From NCBI GenBank assembly GCA_964537935.1, contig CAZICT010000001.1:277553-341552 (forward strand): a stretch of DNA of 64,000 nt, in the 5' to 3' direction. A program made the translations under genes and the position numbers. This document shows, piece by piece, positions 63,175-64,000 of this stretch. The DNA comes from an uncultured Candidatus Saccharibacteria bacterium. GTDB taxonomy: Bacteria > Patescibacteriota > Saccharimonadia > Saccharimonadales > CAZICT01. Under the pieces are notes generated by a model, which saw only the letters and a program-made list of their open reading frames with translations, was not told the origin of the DNA and made no database searches. Within the stretch, counting starts at the first letter, position 1. Every line of letters starts with the position of its first letter.

Positions 63175-64000
63175 TTAGGCGCATACTGCCACCTTCCTAG
63201 TGTCTAGCGGTTGCAGTATATTTCCTAAGAAGAATTTACCGCCACGCAGGCGTAATTCCGGCGGAGGACTTCCGAGTATTGCGCTTATGGTTAAGTCTTG
63301 GATAGAAGAACTGTTGCTTGATGCATCAGGCTGGGTGGCACGTAGACTATCGTCCATATTAACGGTTATTAACACATACCTGCCAACCACGCTTGTCTGA
63401 CAAGTTCCACCAAGTATGTTAGGTGTAAATGGCGTACCTAATATACCGTCATTACCAGCAGCACGCAGTTCAAACTCATCTCCGGCCGCCGCTAAATCAC
63501 CGCTGAAATCAAAATTAGATACATCGACCTCGCTACCGAAATCAATTAACTTAGAGTATCTCCCTGAACGCGATATTATGTTTAGTGGCGCATATTCGAC
63601 AGTATCAAGTGGTCCACTGCCACTATTTCCCCCGAGCGTATAAATATATCCGTTATGAACTTCTGCAGTGTGGCCCCATCTACTAAAACTAAGCTCAGTT
63701 GTTGCCTGCCAGTCGCCCAATGTGCCGTTTGCACTAATCGGCGAATAGTGAACTACATCTAGATTCCCTACACCAGTATAACCACCTAGAACATACATAA
63801 ATCCGTTATATGCTACTGCCTCAATATTACTCATAAATAAGTTGAGGTTGGTTGTGTATGTCCATCCGCCTAGTGTTCCATTAGGGTTGATTGCTGCAAA
63901 AGTTACTGCATTATATTCTTGTGTTTGCGTTTCGCCTCCCAAAGCATAAACATATCCGTTATATACGACTGTGTCATGATTAGAGCGAGCAAACGGAAGA
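63175..64000 (-). CDS. Kelch-repeat protein, N-terminal part outside the window, with the same C-terminal module as protein B
   Basis: The track ORF begins at a TTG at 63942. The frame stays open to position 64000 (my translation: LPFARSNHDTVVYNGYVYALGGETQ...). Kelch units YNGFMYVLGG and HNGYIYTLGG. The C-terminus contains RLRGGKFFLGNILQPLDT. Confidence 0.8.
   Translation of the reverse strand, partial: LPFARSNHDTVVYNGYVYALGGETQTQEYNAVTFAAINPNGTLGGWTYTTNLNLFMSNIEAVAYNGFMYVLGGYTGVGNLDVVHYSPISANGTLGDWQATTELSFSRWGHTAEVHNGYIYTLGGNSGSGPLDTVEYAPLNIISRSGRYSKLIDFGSEVDVSNFDFSGDLAAAGDEFELRAAGNDGILGTPFTPNILGGTCQTSVVGRYVLITVNMDDSLRATQPDASSNSSSIQDLTISAILGSPPPELRLRGGKFFLGNILQPLDTRKVAVCA

Noticed and set aside
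38667-64000. The surface-protein block as a horizontally acquired genomic island or mobile element.
   Set aside because: No integrase, transposase, tRNA gene, flanking direct repeats or phage structural genes are visible. I could not compute the composition. Accessory status is plausible, but mobility is unsupported.
1-64000. tRNA, rRNA, tmRNA, RNase P and riboswitch candidates in the intergenic gaps longer than 80 bp (3174-3302, 4416-4554, 5689-5843, 12566-12655, 14374-14507, 24624-24753, 29993-30304, 42091-42345, 50918-51242, 59002-59428, 62988-63174).
   Set aside because: I could not trace a cloverleaf-compatible acceptor/T-arm pattern or any conserved riboswitch core by eye. These gaps look like promoter, leader or terminator DNA. 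A covariance-model scan (tRNAscan/Infernal type) would be needed to be sure.

Overview
All calls come from reading the ORF translations and the DNA by eye. No database search, HMM, alignment or folding program was run, so every family name is motif recognition from memory.

The window looks like a streamlined monoderm bacterium with very short intergenic gaps. It uses the standard genetic code: prfA ends in TGA, and both RF1 and RF2 are present. The gene content is reminiscent of CPR/Patescibacteria (Saccharibacteria-like), but that is inference only. The relevant features are FtsEX with PcsB-like CHAP hydrolases, an LCP ligase, an INS-less ProRS, many basic tails and giant surface proteins.

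The window splits into two parts.

(1) Positions 1-38.7 kb are dense housekeeping, almost all on the minus strand:
- a REC domain fragment, pyrG, ctp, two CHAP hydrolases, ftsX, ftsE, prfB, an M16 peptidase, secA, hpf and serS;
- a Nudix gene with an in-frame stop, and a Cas4-like nuclease;
- rsmE, an m5U RNA methyltransferase, msrA, DUF427, lysS, greA and proS;
- a CPBP protease, rseP, uppS, frr, an HD hydrolase, tsf and rpsB;
- a short plus-strand block (rpmE, prfA, prmC);
- htrA, a membrane protein, LCP, lepB, parB and parA.

(2) Positions 38.7-64 kb form a 25-kb accessory block that encodes almost only secreted or anchored proteins:
- three giant ORFs of 1111, 2576 and 2520 aa, built from shared and internally duplicated modules;
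- an adjacent pair made of a cohesin-like membrane scaffold and a beta-helix dockerin protein;
- a truncated Kelch protein that shares a C-terminal module with the 2576-aa ORF.

This block is the best candidate for an undescribed cell-surface attachment or display system. I saw no rRNA, tRNA, CRISPR array, transposase or integrase.
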